From NCBI GenBank assembly GCA_965213705.1, contig OZ243913.1, positions 832,001-896,000 on the forward strand: a DNA stretch of 64,000 nucleotides, given 5' to 3'. A model generated the notes under the pieces. The model was given only the letters and a program-made list of their open reading frames with translations, had not been told where the DNA came from and did not search any database. A program made the position numbers and the translations under genes. The number at the start of each line of letters is the position of its first letter. Position 1 is the first letter of the stretch. Positions 9,998-19,556 of this stretch are shown here, piece after piece. This stretch comes from Trueperaceae bacterium (GTDB lineage Bacteria; Deinococcota; Deinococci; Deinococcales; Trueperaceae).

Positions 9998-11001
9998 GCG
10001 CGCGACTCACGACGAACCGCGACTACCTCATTCTGGGCGGGCTGACCCTGGGGCTGCTCGTGTTGCCTTTTTTTACAAACTCGTTTCAGCTCAGTCTCGC
10101 CGTCCTCGTGCTCCACTTCGCGCTGCTCGGGGCGGCCTGGAACGTCATGGGCGGCTACGCGGGGCAGTTCTCGTTCGGGCACGCGGCGTTTTACGGCATC
10201 GGCGCGTACACCTCGACCATCCTGTTGACCAAGCTCGGTGTCAGTCCTTGGCTGGGGATGCTGGCGGGGGCGGCCTTGGCGGCGCTCTTTGGCGCGGGGA
10301 TGGGCTACTTGACGTTTCGCTACGGCCTCAAAGGGCCTTATTTTGCGCTGGCGACGTTCGCGTTCGCCGAGATGCTGCGGCTCATCGCCAACGAGTGGGG
10401 CTTTATCGAGGGCTCGGTCGGCGTCCACCTGCCGCTCGTCGGCGGCGACTCGTGGGCGCGGCTCCAGTTCGAGGCGACGCCGCGCAACTACTACTTCGCG
10501 GTGCTCGTTTTATTTGTGTTCGTTTACCTCGTCCAGATTGCCGTGGTCCACAGCAAGTTCGGCTACTACCTGCAAGCCGTCCGCGAGGACGAGGTCGCCG
10601 CCGCCGCGCTGGGTGTCAACCTGATGCGTTACAAGGTCGGGGCGGTGGCGCTGAGCGGGGCGTTGACGGCGCTGGGCGGCTCGTTTTTCGCGCACTACTT
10701 TTTGTTCATCAGCCCAGAAATCGTCTTCGGCGCGGCCATTTCCATCGACATTTTGCTGGCCCCCATCGTCGGCGGGGCGGGGACGGTGTGGGGTCCCTTT
10801 ATCGGCGCGCTGTTCCTGACGCCGCTGGGCGAGGTCTCGAGACGCCTCATCCGCACGCCGCCGGAGTTTTTAAGCTTTATCCAGGGGCGCTCAGGCTTGG
10901 ACGTGATGCTCTTCGGGGCCATCCTTATCGTCGTCATCATCTACCTGCCGAACGGCGTCGCCGGGTTGGGACGGCGCTGGTGGCGCAGGCGGCGACCGTG
11001 A
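9994..11001 (+). CDS. Liv-type ABC permease (LivM-like)
   Basis: GTG 9994 overlap; WNVMGGYAGQFSFGHAAFYGIGAY, AVREDEVAA. Confidence 0.93.
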   Translation: MSARLTTNRDYLILGGLTLGLLVLPFFTNSFQLSLAVLVLHFALLGAAWNVMGGYAGQFSFGHAAFYGIGAYTSTILLTKLGVSPWLGMLAGAALAALFGAGMGYLTFRYGLKGPYFALATFAFAEMLRLIANEWGFIEGSVGVHLPLVGGDSWARLQFEATPRNYYFAVLVLFVFVYLVQIAVVHSKFGYYLQAVREDEVAAAALGVNLMRYKVGAVALSGALTALGGSFFAHYFLFISPEIVFGAAISIDILLAPIVGGAGTVWGPFIGALFLTPLGEVSRRLIRTPPEFLSFIQGRSGLDVMLFGAILIVVIIYLPNGVAGLGRRWWRRRRP

Positions 11002-11735
11002 CGGCGTTTTTGCAAGTGTCTAGCGTCAGCAAACGCTTCGGCGGCTTGACCGCGGTGAGGGACGTGAGTTTTGAACTGCGGCAGGGTGAAATCCTGGGGC
11101 TCATCGGGCCGAACGGGGCGGGCAAGTCGACCTTGTTCAGCATTGTCGGCGGAAGTTTGCAGCCGAGCGAGGGAACGGTCAGCTTCGAGGGCGCAACCCT
11201 CACGGGGCGGCCCCCCCACGACGTCTGTCGGCGGGGCGTGGCCCGCACCTTTCAAATCGTCAAGCCGTTCGCGGGGTTGCGGGTGGTGGACAACGTGATG
11301 GTGGGCGCGTTCAACCGGACGACGCGCGTCGCGGACAGCGAACGCAAAGCCCGCCGGATTTTAGAGTTCGTCGGGCTGGCCGACCGCGCCGAGCGGCCCG
11401 CTTTCTCGCTCACCACGGCGGGGCGCAAACGGCTCGAGCTGGCTCGCGCCCTCGCCACCGAGCCCAAACTGCTGCTGCTCGACGAGGTGATGGCGGGCCT
11501 CACCCCAACCGAGAGCCGCGGCATCGTCGAGTTGCTGCACCGGGTGCGCGACACGGGCGTGACGCTGCTGGTGACCGAACACGTCATGAAGGCCATCATG
11601 GCGCTGTCCGACCGGGTGGCGGTGTTGCATCACGGCGAACTCATCGCCCTGGGCACGCCCAAAGAGGTCACCGAAACCCCGGAAGTCGTCGAGGCTTATC
11701 TGGGCAAAAGGCGTGCGGACGGGGTGGGTGCGTAG
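10998..11735 (+). CDS. ABC ATPase (LivG-like)
   Basis: KRFGGLTAV, GPNGAGKST, LLLDEVMAGL. Confidence 0.93.
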   Translation: MTAFLQVSSVSKRFGGLTAVRDVSFELRQGEILGLIGPNGAGKSTLFSIVGGSLQPSEGTVSFEGATLTGRPPHDVCRRGVARTFQIVKPFAGLRVVDNVMVGAFNRTTRVADSERKARRILEFVGLADRAERPAFSLTTAGRKRLELARALATEPKLLLLDEVMAGLTPTESRGIVELLHRVRDTGVTLLVTEHVMKAIMALSDRVAVLHHGELIALGTPKEVTETPEVVEAYLGKRRADGVGA

Positions 11736-12440
11736 GTGTTGCGGCTCGAGGGACTTTATGGCGGCTACGCCGACGTGAACGTGTTGGAAGACGTGTCGCT
11801 CACGGTCGAAAGGGGTGAAATCGTGGCGCTGCTGGGCGCGAACGGCGCGGGCAAGACGACCACGCTGCGCACCGTTTCGGGGCTGCACCGGGCGCGACGG
11901 GGCACGGTGGTGTTCGAGGAAGAGGCCGTCCAGCACTGGCCCTCGCACCGCATCGTCGCCGCAGGTTTGGTCCAAGTCGCCGAGGGACGCAAGCTGTTCG
12001 CGCACATGACGGTAACCGAAAACCTGGAAATGGGCGCGTTCGGACGCCGCGTCAGGGTGGGTCGCAAGGAGACCATGGCGGAGGTGTTCGACCTGTTCCC
12101 GCGTTTAAGAGAGCGCCGCAAACAGTTCGCCGGGACGCTCTCGGGGGGCGAGCAGCAGATGTTGGCCGTGGGCCGCGCCCTCATGACGCGGCCCAAACTG
12201 CTCATGCTGGACGAGCCCTCGCTGGGCCTCGCGCCGAAAATCGTCGAGGACATTTTCGAGGTCGTGCGGCGCGTCAACGGCGCGGGCGTCAGCGTGTTAA
12301 TCGTCGAGCAGAACGCAGTGCAAACCCTGGAATTGGCCCACCGGGCTTACGTGCTCGAGAACGGCCACATCACCCTGAGCGGGTCCGGCGACGCCCTGCT
12401 GCAAGACCCGCGCATCCGCACGGCGTACTTGGGACTTTGA
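11736..12440 (+). CDS. ABC ATPase (LivF-like)
   Basis: GANGAGKTT, LSGGEQQM, LDEPSLGLAP. Confidence 0.94.
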   Translation: MLRLEGLYGGYADVNVLEDVSLTVERGEIVALLGANGAGKTTTLRTVSGLHRARRGTVVFEEEAVQHWPSHRIVAAGLVQVAEGRKLFAHMTVTENLEMGAFGRRVRVGRKETMAEVFDLFPRLRERRKQFAGTLSGGEQQMLAVGRALMTRPKLLMLDEPSLGLAPKIVEDIFEVVRRVNGAGVSVLIVEQNAVQTLELAHRAYVLENGHITLSGSGDALLQDPRIRTAYLGL

Positions 12441-12572
12441 TTCGGGACCGTGAGAGAGGTTGGAGACCAACTTGTATCTTGAAAGGAGAAAAGTAACGAG
12501 GAACGAATTCCGAGTAGCAGGGCGCTTCGTGCCCCACTCGGTACTCGGTACTCAGCACTCGGTACTGCCCTT

Positions 12573-13823
12573 ATGACCCTAGCCGAAAAAATCATCTCGA
12601 CACACGCGGGCCGCGAGCTTTACGCGGGCGACATCGCCGTGGTGGCTGTAGACGGCGCGATGGCGACCGACACGACCGCGCCCTTAGCCATCCAAGCTTT
12701 TCGGGAGATGGGCGGAACAAAACTCTTCGACCCAGAAAAGTTCTTTTTGGTTCTCGACCACGCCGTCCCCGCCCCCAACGAGCGCATCGCCAACCTGCAC
12801 ACCATGATGCGGGCGTTCGCCCGCGACACGGGCTGCAAACTCTACGACGTGGGCGAGGGCATTTGCCACCAACTGATGGTGGACCATGACCACGTGCGGC
12901 CCGGCGACGTTTTCGTGGGCGCGGACTCGCATACGCCGACCTACGGGGCTTTGGGCGCGTTCGCCGTGGGCATGGGCTCGACCGACACGGCGGGCGTGAT
13001 GCTGACCGGGAAAACCTGGCTTAAAGTCCCGCAGACGATTCGCCTGGAACTCAACGGCACCGTCAAACCGGGCGTCAGCGCCAAGGACGTCATTCTGTAC
13101 CTCGTCGGGCGCTTGGGTATTGCAGGCGCGACCTACGACGCGGTCGAGTTTACGGGCGAGGTCGTCCACCCTATGACCTTAGCGAGCCGCATGACCCTTG
13201 CCAACATGGTCGCCGAAATGGGCGCGAAGGCGGGGTTGGTGGACACGTCCGAGTTGGAGACGCCCTACGACTTCGAACGCCTCGCCCCCGACGCCGACGC
13301 GACTTACAAAGCGCGTCACGTTCTGGACTTGAGCGACCTGCGCCCCCAAGTGGCGCTGCCCCACTCGCCCGAAAACGTGCGCGACATCGACGAGGTTATA
13401 GGCCGCAAAATCGACGCCGCCTTTATCGGCTCGTGTACCAACGCGCGGCTCGAGGACTTTCACGCCGCCGCGCAGGTGCTCAAAGGCCGCAAGCTCGCCC
13501 CCGGCGTGCGCCTCATCATCGCCCCGGCCTCGCGCAACGTGTTCGACGCGGCGCTGCGAGACGGCACGGTCGAGACCCTGTCCGCGGCGGGGGCGACCTT
13601 TATCACCTCGGGCTGCGGGCCGTGCGTGGGCACGCACCAGGGCGTGCCGGGCGACGGGGAGGCGGTCATCTCGAGCACCAACCGCAACTTCCGCGGGCGG
13701 CAGGGCAACCCGAACGCCGACGTTTACTTAGCCTCGCCCGCCGTGGTCGCGGCGGCGGCGGTGGCGGGCGAGATTGTCGACCCCGCCGACCTCTTGGCCC
13801 GTGACAGCGGGGTGCTGGCGTGA
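12573..13823 (+). CDS. LeuC/HacA/DmdA-type aconitase-family hydratase, large subunit
   Basis: MTLAEKI, EGICHQ, GADSHT, FIGSCTNAR, GCGPCVG (three Fe-S Cys), STNRNFRGR. Confidence 0.93.
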   Translation: MTLAEKIISTHAGRELYAGDIAVVAVDGAMATDTTAPLAIQAFREMGGTKLFDPEKFFLVLDHAVPAPNERIANLHTMMRAFARDTGCKLYDVGEGICHQLMVDHDHVRPGDVFVGADSHTPTYGALGAFAVGMGSTDTAGVMLTGKTWLKVPQTIRLELNGTVKPGVSAKDVILYLVGRLGIAGATYDAVEFTGEVVHPMTLASRMTLANMVAEMGAKAGLVDTSELETPYDFERLAPDADATYKARHVLDLSDLRPQVALPHSPENVRDIDEVIGRKIDAAFIGSCTNARLEDFHAAAQVLKGRKLAPGVRLIIAPASRNVFDAALRDGTVETLSAAGATFITSGCGPCVGTHQGVPGDGEAVISSTNRNFRGRQGNPNADVYLASPAVVAAAAVAGEIVDPADLLARDSGVLA

Positions 13824-14326
13824 AGCACCTGTTCGAGGGTACCGCGCACGTCTACGGCGACAACATAGACACCGACCGCATCATCCCCGGCAAGTACACC
13901 AAAACCCTCGACATGAGCCAGCTCGCCGCACACGTGTTGGAAGACCTGGACCCCCATTTTAGAACCAAGGTGAAAGCTGGCGACATGCTGGTCGCGGGCG
14001 ACAACTTCGGCTGCGGCTCGAGCCGCGAACAAGCGCCTATCGCCCTGCAGGCGGCGGGCGTGAGCGTCGTCGTCGCGCGCACTTTTGCGCGCATCTTTTA
14101 CCGGAACGCCATCAACATCGGGCTGCCGCTGGTCGAGGTGCCCGAGCACGACATAGAGGACGGCTCCGAGGTGCGGGTGGATTTGCTGGCGGGCGAGGTG
14201 CGCGACCTGGCGACCGGCCGCACCTACCGCGCGACCAGGATGCCCGAAGGAATGCTCGAGATTCTGAGCGCGGGCGGGCTCGTCTCGTATCTCAAAGAAC
14301 ACGGCGACTACGGAGGTGTCGCGTGA
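13820..14326 (+). CDS. LeuD/HacB-type hydratase small subunit
   Basis: GDNIDTDRIIPG, NFGCGSSREQA, FARIFYRNAINIGL. Confidence 0.93.
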   Translation: MKHLFEGTAHVYGDNIDTDRIIPGKYTKTLDMSQLAAHVLEDLDPHFRTKVKAGDMLVAGDNFGCGSSREQAPIALQAAGVSVVVARTFARIFYRNAINIGLPLVEVPEHDIEDGSEVRVDLLAGEVRDLATGRTYRATRMPEGMLEILSAGGLVSYLKEHGDYGGVA

Positions 14327-15516
14327 GCTTGCCCCTGGACGGCGTGCGGGTGCTCGAATTCTCCCACGCCGTGCTCGGCCCCGCCGCGGGCATGATTTTG
14401 GCCGACCTGGGCGCGGACGTTGTCAAAATTGAGCCCACCCCCGACGGCGACCCGACGCGCAGGCTCAAGGGGTTCGGCCAAGGGTATTTCCCGTACTTTA
14501 ACCGCAACAAAAAAAGCATCGTCGTGAACCTCAAAACCGACGAGGGTCGTGAGGTTGTTCGTAAACTGCTCGAGGACAGTGACGTTTTGCTCGAGAACTA
14601 CGGCCCCGGCACGATTGAGCGCCTCGGTCTCGGTTACGAAGCGCTCAAGGACGAATTTCCCAGGCTTGTCTTCTGTTCGCTCAAAGGGTTTTTACCCGGC
14701 CCCTACGAAAACCGCACCGCGCTCGACGAGGTGGTGCAGATGATGTCGGGATTGGCCTACATGACCGGCCCGCCGGGACAGCCCATGCGCGCGGGCGCCT
14801 CGGTCATCGACGTGATGACCGGGATGTACGGCGCGATGGCGGTGATTTTGGCGCTCAAAGAGCGCGACGCCTCGGGCGCGGGGCAGCTCGTCAAGACGGC
14901 GCTTTTTGAAACCGCCGCCTTTTTGATGGGCCACCACATGTCCACGTTTGTCATGTCCGGCGAGCCGCTGCCGCCCATGTCGGCGCGGGTGAGCGCCTGG
15001 GCTATCTATCACCAGTTTGAAACGCAGGACGACCAACTCATCTTTATCGGCGTGACCAGCGACAAGCAGTGGCCGCGCTTTTGCGAGGCGTTCGGGCGTG
15101 AGGACCTGCTGGCGGACGACCGCCTGACGACCAACAACGACCGCGTGGCGGCGCAGGACTGGTTGCTGCCCGAGTTGCGCGCGATGGTTTCAGGCTTGAC
15201 GCTTGCCGAGGCGGTGGCGCGTTGCGAGGCGGCGCAACTTCCCTTTTCGCCCGTCGCCCGCCCGGAAGACCTGTTCGACGACCCTCAACTCAACGAGGGG
15301 GGAAGTTTGTTGGCGACCACGTTTCCCAACGGCTTCAAAACCAAGATGCCTAAACTGCCCCTCGCGCTGGGTGGGCGCGACTTGGGTCTGAGGCTCGAGC
15401 CGCCGCAGGTGGGCGAGCACACCACAGCCGTTTTGCGCTCCATCGGCTATTCGGCGGAAGACATCGACAGGCTTGGGGCTCGAGGGGTTGTCACGACAGG
15501 AGGTAAGGATGGCTGA
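14323..15516 (+). CDS. Class III (CaiB/BaiF) CoA-transferase
   Basis: LDGVRVLEF..GPAAGMILADLGADVVKIE, NRNKKS, ASVID catalytic Asp region. Confidence 0.93.
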   Translation: MSLPLDGVRVLEFSHAVLGPAAGMILADLGADVVKIEPTPDGDPTRRLKGFGQGYFPYFNRNKKSIVVNLKTDEGREVVRKLLEDSDVLLENYGPGTIERLGLGYEALKDEFPRLVFCSLKGFLPGPYENRTALDEVVQMMSGLAYMTGPPGQPMRAGASVIDVMTGMYGAMAVILALKERDASGAGQLVKTALFETAAFLMGHHMSTFVMSGEPLPPMSARVSAWAIYHQFETQDDQLIFIGVTSDKQWPRFCEAFGREDLLADDRLTTNNDRVAAQDWLLPELRAMVSGLTLAEAVARCEAAQLPFSPVARPEDLFDDPQLNEGGSLLATTFPNGFKTKMPKLPLALGGRDLGLRLEPPQVGEHTTAVLRSIGYSAEDIDRLGARGVVTTGGKDG

Positions 15517-16975
15517 CTTGGACTTGCTCGTCAAAAACGTCCGCGTGGTGCGCCCGCACGGCAAGGGCGCGCAGAAGCTGGACCTGGGCGTCAAAGACGG
15601 CCGTTTCGTGCAGATAGGCGAAACGCTCACTGCGGGTGCAGCGGAGACCGTCGACGCGAACGGCTTGCTCGGTTTTCCCGGTGTGACCGACGCGCACACG
15701 CACATCGGTATTTACCAAGACGTCGGCAAAGACGCCGCCACCGAGTCGGCGGCGGCGGTCTCGGGCGGCGTGACGACGCTGCTGACCTACGTCCGCACCG
15801 GCAGTTTGTACCTAAACCGCCCCGGCCCCGTGCGCGAGTTTTTCCCCGAACTGCTCGCGGCCTCCGAAGGCAACTACCACTGCGACTACGGCTACCACAT
15901 TTCGCCTATCCAGGGCTCCCAAGTTGCCGAGATGGCTTACATGGCGACCGAGGCGGGCGCGCCCAACTTCGGCGAGATTTTCATGTTTTACGGCTCGCAC
16001 GGCCTTCACGGCGGCAGCGACGTGCAGCGGCAATGGCTGATGTTGGACGAGGGCGAGAGTTACGACCTGGCACACTTCGACCAGGTTTGCCGAGAAGCGG
16101 CGCGCTTGCAACGGGCGCACCCCGAACTCGAGCCCTACATCGCCGTAAGTTGGCACTGCGAACTGCCCGACCTGCTGCGCGAGTACGAAAAACGCGTTCA
16201 GGCAAGGGACGACCTCACCGGCCTCGCCGCCTACAGCGCCGCGCGCCCGCCCCACTGCGAAGCCCTGGGCGTCGCCACCGCCGGAGCGCTCGCGCATGAG
16301 GCCGGTTTGACGCGCATCAACATCCTCCACATCACCTCACGCGAGGCGATGGACGCGGCCCTGCGGCTGCGCGAAACGTATCCCGAGCTGGACGTGGGCT
16401 TGGAAGTCACCGCCGGGCACCTCTTGCTGGACACGACCTGCCACATGGGCGTGTTCGCCAAGGTCAACCCGCCCCTGCGCCCGCCCGAGCACCGCGAGTA
16501 CCTGTGGGAGCGCGTCAAGGACGGCACCTTGCAGTGGGCCATGACCGACCACGCCAACTGTCCCGAAAACCTGAAAGTCGCCGCCGACGACCCCGACAAC
16601 ATCTGGAAGGCCAAGGCGGGTTTCGGCGGCACCGACTACTTGTTGCCGGGGCTCTACAGCGAGGGGGCGAAGCGCGGCGTGAGTCCCAACCGCGTCGCCG
16701 AACTGGTCTGCTACAACCCCGCGCGGCGCTTCGGGCTGAACAACAAGGGCGACATCGACGTCGGGCTGGACGCCGACCTCGTGCTTTTAGACCCGGACGA
16801 GACCTGGACGATTCGCGGGGCGGACTCGCTCTCGGCGCAGGGTTACACGCCGTTCGAGGGGTTGGAGGTGACGGGCAGGGTCAAGAAAACGTTTTTGCGC
16901 GGTCAGCTTGTGTTTGACAACGGCAAGGTGCAAGGGACACCGAGCGGGCGGTATCAGAAGCGCCCGACGGGTTGA
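15509..16975 (+). CDS. Cyclic amidohydrolase (allantoinase/dihydropyrimidinase/dihydroorotase family)
   Basis: PGVTDAHTH, AAVSGGVTT, KVNPPLR, TDHA, NPARRFGL..KGDI..G.DADLV. Confidence 0.9.
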   Translation: MADLDLLVKNVRVVRPHGKGAQKLDLGVKDGRFVQIGETLTAGAAETVDANGLLGFPGVTDAHTHIGIYQDVGKDAATESAAAVSGGVTTLLTYVRTGSLYLNRPGPVREFFPELLAASEGNYHCDYGYHISPIQGSQVAEMAYMATEAGAPNFGEIFMFYGSHGLHGGSDVQRQWLMLDEGESYDLAHFDQVCREAARLQRAHPELEPYIAVSWHCELPDLLREYEKRVQARDDLTGLAAYSAARPPHCEALGVATAGALAHEAGLTRINILHITSREAMDAALRLRETYPELDVGLEVTAGHLLLDTTCHMGVFAKVNPPLRPPEHREYLWERVKDGTLQWAMTDHANCPENLKVAADDPDNIWKAKAGFGGTDYLLPGLYSEGAKRGVSPNRVAELVCYNPARRFGLNNKGDIDVGLDADLVLLDPDETWTIRGADSLSAQGYTPFEGLEVTGRVKKTFLRGQLVFDNGKVQGTPSGRYQKRPTG

Positions 16976-17034
16976 TTTTGCCTCGAGCAGCTTGGTGATT
17001 TCGCTTATCGTCTACGAAACGTATACTGTAAGCA

Positions 17035-17508
17035 GTGAATCAAGATTTGAGGATCTTTTACGACCTTACCAAGCGCACAAGAGCCAAAGTGTTGGACTGG
17101 CTCGAGGCTTTGCCACCGGGCGTTTTTACCCAGCACAACGACGCGTTTGCTTACGGTAGCTTGAGCGCTATCCAAGCTCACGTAGCAGAAACCTATTTGT
17201 GGTGGGTTGGGACGGTTGGACTTGGCGCTAAAGAGGCCGAGGTTGGAGCGAGCGATGTACAAACTTTGCGTAGGGCATTTGACGATGTAGACACGGTTGT
17301 CTTAGAAGCGCTAGACACCTTTGATGATGTAGATGCCCCCTTCGTCTGGACGTCTCCTTCGGGTCAAAAGATTACGCTGTCTAAGCGCTGGTTGATCCTG
17401 CATCCTGTAACACATGAGTTTCATCACAAAGGTCAGGCTTTGGCATTGGCCCGCGCGTTGGGGCATCCTCATCCTGGGAATCCTGATACGGATTTGGCAG
17501 ACCCGTGA
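17035..17508 (+). CDS. DinB/YfiT family protein
   Basis: AHVAETYLWW and HPVTHEFHHKGQ His motifs; TATACT 7 nt before GTG; lower GC than flanks. Confidence 0.85.
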   Translation: MNQDLRIFYDLTKRTRAKVLDWLEALPPGVFTQHNDAFAYGSLSAIQAHVAETYLWWVGTVGLGAKEAEVGASDVQTLRRAFDDVDTVVLEALDTFDDVDAPFVWTSPSGQKITLSKRWLILHPVTHEFHHKGQALALARALGHPHPGNPDTDLADP

Positions 17509-17535
17509 GGTGTAAAGGGCTGAAAGAGCGCTGAT

Positions 17536-18543
17536 GTGTTTGCCACTCTGAGCTACAACGAGCAGGTGAAGCGGCTCACCCGACTGGCTCGAGCCGCACT
17601 CGCTCACTACGCCCTAAAAAACGCCAGCCTAAAAGACGCCGAACTCTCCCTCATCGCCCACTGGCAAAACACGACCTTTTGGGTGGACACGCCGGACAAG
17701 CGCTACGCCCTGCGCGTCAACCGGCCCGCGTCGCAAAGCCTCGCCTCCATCCGCTCGGAGCTGCTGTGGCTCGAGGCCCTGACCCGAGACACCGACCTCT
17801 GCGTCCCGACGCCCTACCGAAACGACGTAGGTGAACTGTTGACGATTGTCGCAGGTGAAACAGGCACGCGGCACTGCGTTTTGTTCAGTTGGCTGGATGG
17901 CGACTTTTTGGACGAAAAACTGACGCCCGCCCACCTCGAAACCGTGGGCGCGTTCACCGCCAAGCTGCACCGGCATTCCGAAACCTTTGTGCCGCCCCCC
18001 GGCTTCGAACGGCGGCGGCTCGAGTGGGACGGGCAGATGAGCAACTTTTTCACGCAGCCGAACACGCGGGCGAACCCCGTCGTCACGCCCGACCTGTGGA
18101 CACTGTTCGACGAGGTGCGCAGCCGAACCGAACCCGTCATGACCGCTCTAGGACGCAGCCCAGACGTTTACGGCCTCGTCCACAACGACGTCTACCAAGA
18201 AAACATGTTGTTTGCGGAGGGTGCGGTGCAAGTCTTCGACTTCGACAACTGCGGTTACGCACATTACCTGCTCGACGCGGCCGTGACCCTGGCGCAGGTG
18301 CGGAAACACGCGGACTATGCACAAAAGCGAGCGGCTTATTTGAAGGGCTACGCGCGGCACCGGGCGTTGTCGCAGGGAGAGTTGGACGGGCTCGAGGCCT
18401 TCCTCGCTGCCAGGGTGTTACTGCTCGCCCTCTACTACGCCAGCCAGACGGACAACCCGAAGATGAAGGCGGCGGCTCCGGCATACATCACGGGAGCGGC
18501 GGCGGACTTGCGGGGGTGGTTGGCAACGGGGCGCGTTCTTTAA
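17536..18543 (+). CDS. APH / type II homoserine kinase-like phosphotransferase
   Basis: YALRV, SELLWL, GLVHNDVYQEN, VFDFDNCG. Confidence 0.85.
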   Translation: MFATLSYNEQVKRLTRLARAALAHYALKNASLKDAELSLIAHWQNTTFWVDTPDKRYALRVNRPASQSLASIRSELLWLEALTRDTDLCVPTPYRNDVGELLTIVAGETGTRHCVLFSWLDGDFLDEKLTPAHLETVGAFTAKLHRHSETFVPPPGFERRRLEWDGQMSNFFTQPNTRANPVVTPDLWTLFDEVRSRTEPVMTALGRSPDVYGLVHNDVYQENMLFAEGAVQVFDFDNCGYAHYLLDAAVTLAQVRKHADYAQKRAAYLKGYARHRALSQGELDGLEAFLAARVLLLALYYASQTDNPKMKAAAPAYITGAAADLRGWLATGRVL

Positions 18544-18895
18544 GTCAAACCCATCAAACACGCCGCCACCACCTCCGGCTGCGTCATCATGCCGTTGCGG
18601 TGGACGGGCAGGTCCAGCCAGTCCCAGTCGGGGTTGTTCAGTGCGGGTCCGGGCATTTCGTCGGACGAGGGGTGGTAGGCTTGGCCCGTGCAGCGGATGT
18701 AGGTTTTGGACAGCCCGTCGTAGCCGCCGCTTCTCAGCACGAGTTCGTCGGTCCACTGCTTTGCCGGGTGCGGGGTCAGGCGGCGCTTCAGCCACGCTTT
18801 ATTTTCTTCGTCGGCGGCAGGTACGAGCAGCTCGAGCGCGTACTCTTCAAAAAAGTCCATCTTGTAGCCGTTCACAAACTTTTTTGTCGCTCTTT
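18540..18895 (-). pseudogene. 3' fragment of an alpha/beta-hydrolase (esterase-like)
   Basis: WLKRRLTPHP...KTYIRCT...MMTQPEVVAACL resembles an AB-hydrolase C-terminus; no N-terminal half present. Confidence 0.55.
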
Positions 18896-18919
18896 GAACC
18901 ACTTGGGCAGCTCGCCCGT

Positions 18920-19130
18920 GTCGGGCTAAGCAGCGCGAAGCGAGCCTGCAACCTGCCAAAGCCAACGACCTCGCCCTACTCATGAACGTGTACCATCGCG
19001 GCTTGGTCCGCAAAGCGCAGGCGCTCAACGTCGCCGCCGAACGCGGGCTTGTCTCCCTTTGAATGCGTGGTTATATCTCCGCAGCGCTCAAGGAGCGCGT
19101 CCGCAACACCGCCAAGGGTCGCTGCGGCTA
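18920..19130 (+). pseudogene. Fragments of a small helical protein followed by the start of an HNH endonuclease
   Basis: KQREASLQPAKANDLALLMNVYHRGLVRKAQALNVAAERGL then MRGYISAALKERVRNTAKGRCGY, broken at the CxxC. Confidence 0.55.
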
Positions 19131-19285
19131 CTGGATGCTGTTGCCGAACCACTCCCCCAAAAAGCCGACCGGCCCGCTGAAAGGGGAGACGAAACCGATT
19201 TTGACCGGCTTTTGCGCCGAGCCGACGCTCAGCAAAAGCGTTCCAACAAAGTAAGACCAACGCGGTGAACAAATCGTACTTGCAT
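19128..19285 (-). pseudogene. 5' fragment of a Liv-type substrate-binding protein, frameshifted
   Basis: RBS AAAGGAGG, ATG 19285 MQVRFVHRVGLTL, then in another frame VGTLLLSVGSAQKPVKIGFVSPFSGPVGFLGEWFGNSIQ*. Confidence 0.65.
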
Positions 19286-19329
19286 AGTGCCCCTCCTTTG
19301 GAGAACGCCGGGTCGGAGCCTCGGATTGA

Positions 19330-19343
19330 AATGTTATAACATT
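19330..19343. promoter_or_regulatory. Second copy of the GntR-type palindrome, AATGTTATAACATT
   Basis: Perfect 14-bp palindrome containing the 12-mer at 1226-1237. Confidence 0.7.
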
Positions 19344-19381
19344 GTACTAAATTTAATGCGAACAAAGGCGATGCGGTAGAC

Positions 19382-19556
19382 TCAAAGAGACAGTAACTGT
19401 TCGTAACGGTGGATAAAAGTCCAGACAGCCCCGACGTGGTTGTCGAGCTGTTTAGACAAATAGGGTTTTCTGCACCAGCTGAGAGCGACGTTGTCTTGGA
19501 CAAAGGGGCACCTTCCGGGCCTGTCCGCTGCCGCAGGGTGTTGAAGCTCTCAATCT
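19382..19556 (-). mobile_element. IS1-family transposase (InsB) 3' remnant
   Basis: Across frameshifts: IESFNTLRQR...RQRRSQLVQKTL..SKQLDNHVGAVWTFIHRY, the IS1 InsB C-terminal pattern. Confidence 0.65.

Noticed and set aside
12573..14326. Naming as leuC/leuD
   Set aside because: No leuA/leuB nearby and a catabolic context; substrate unknown
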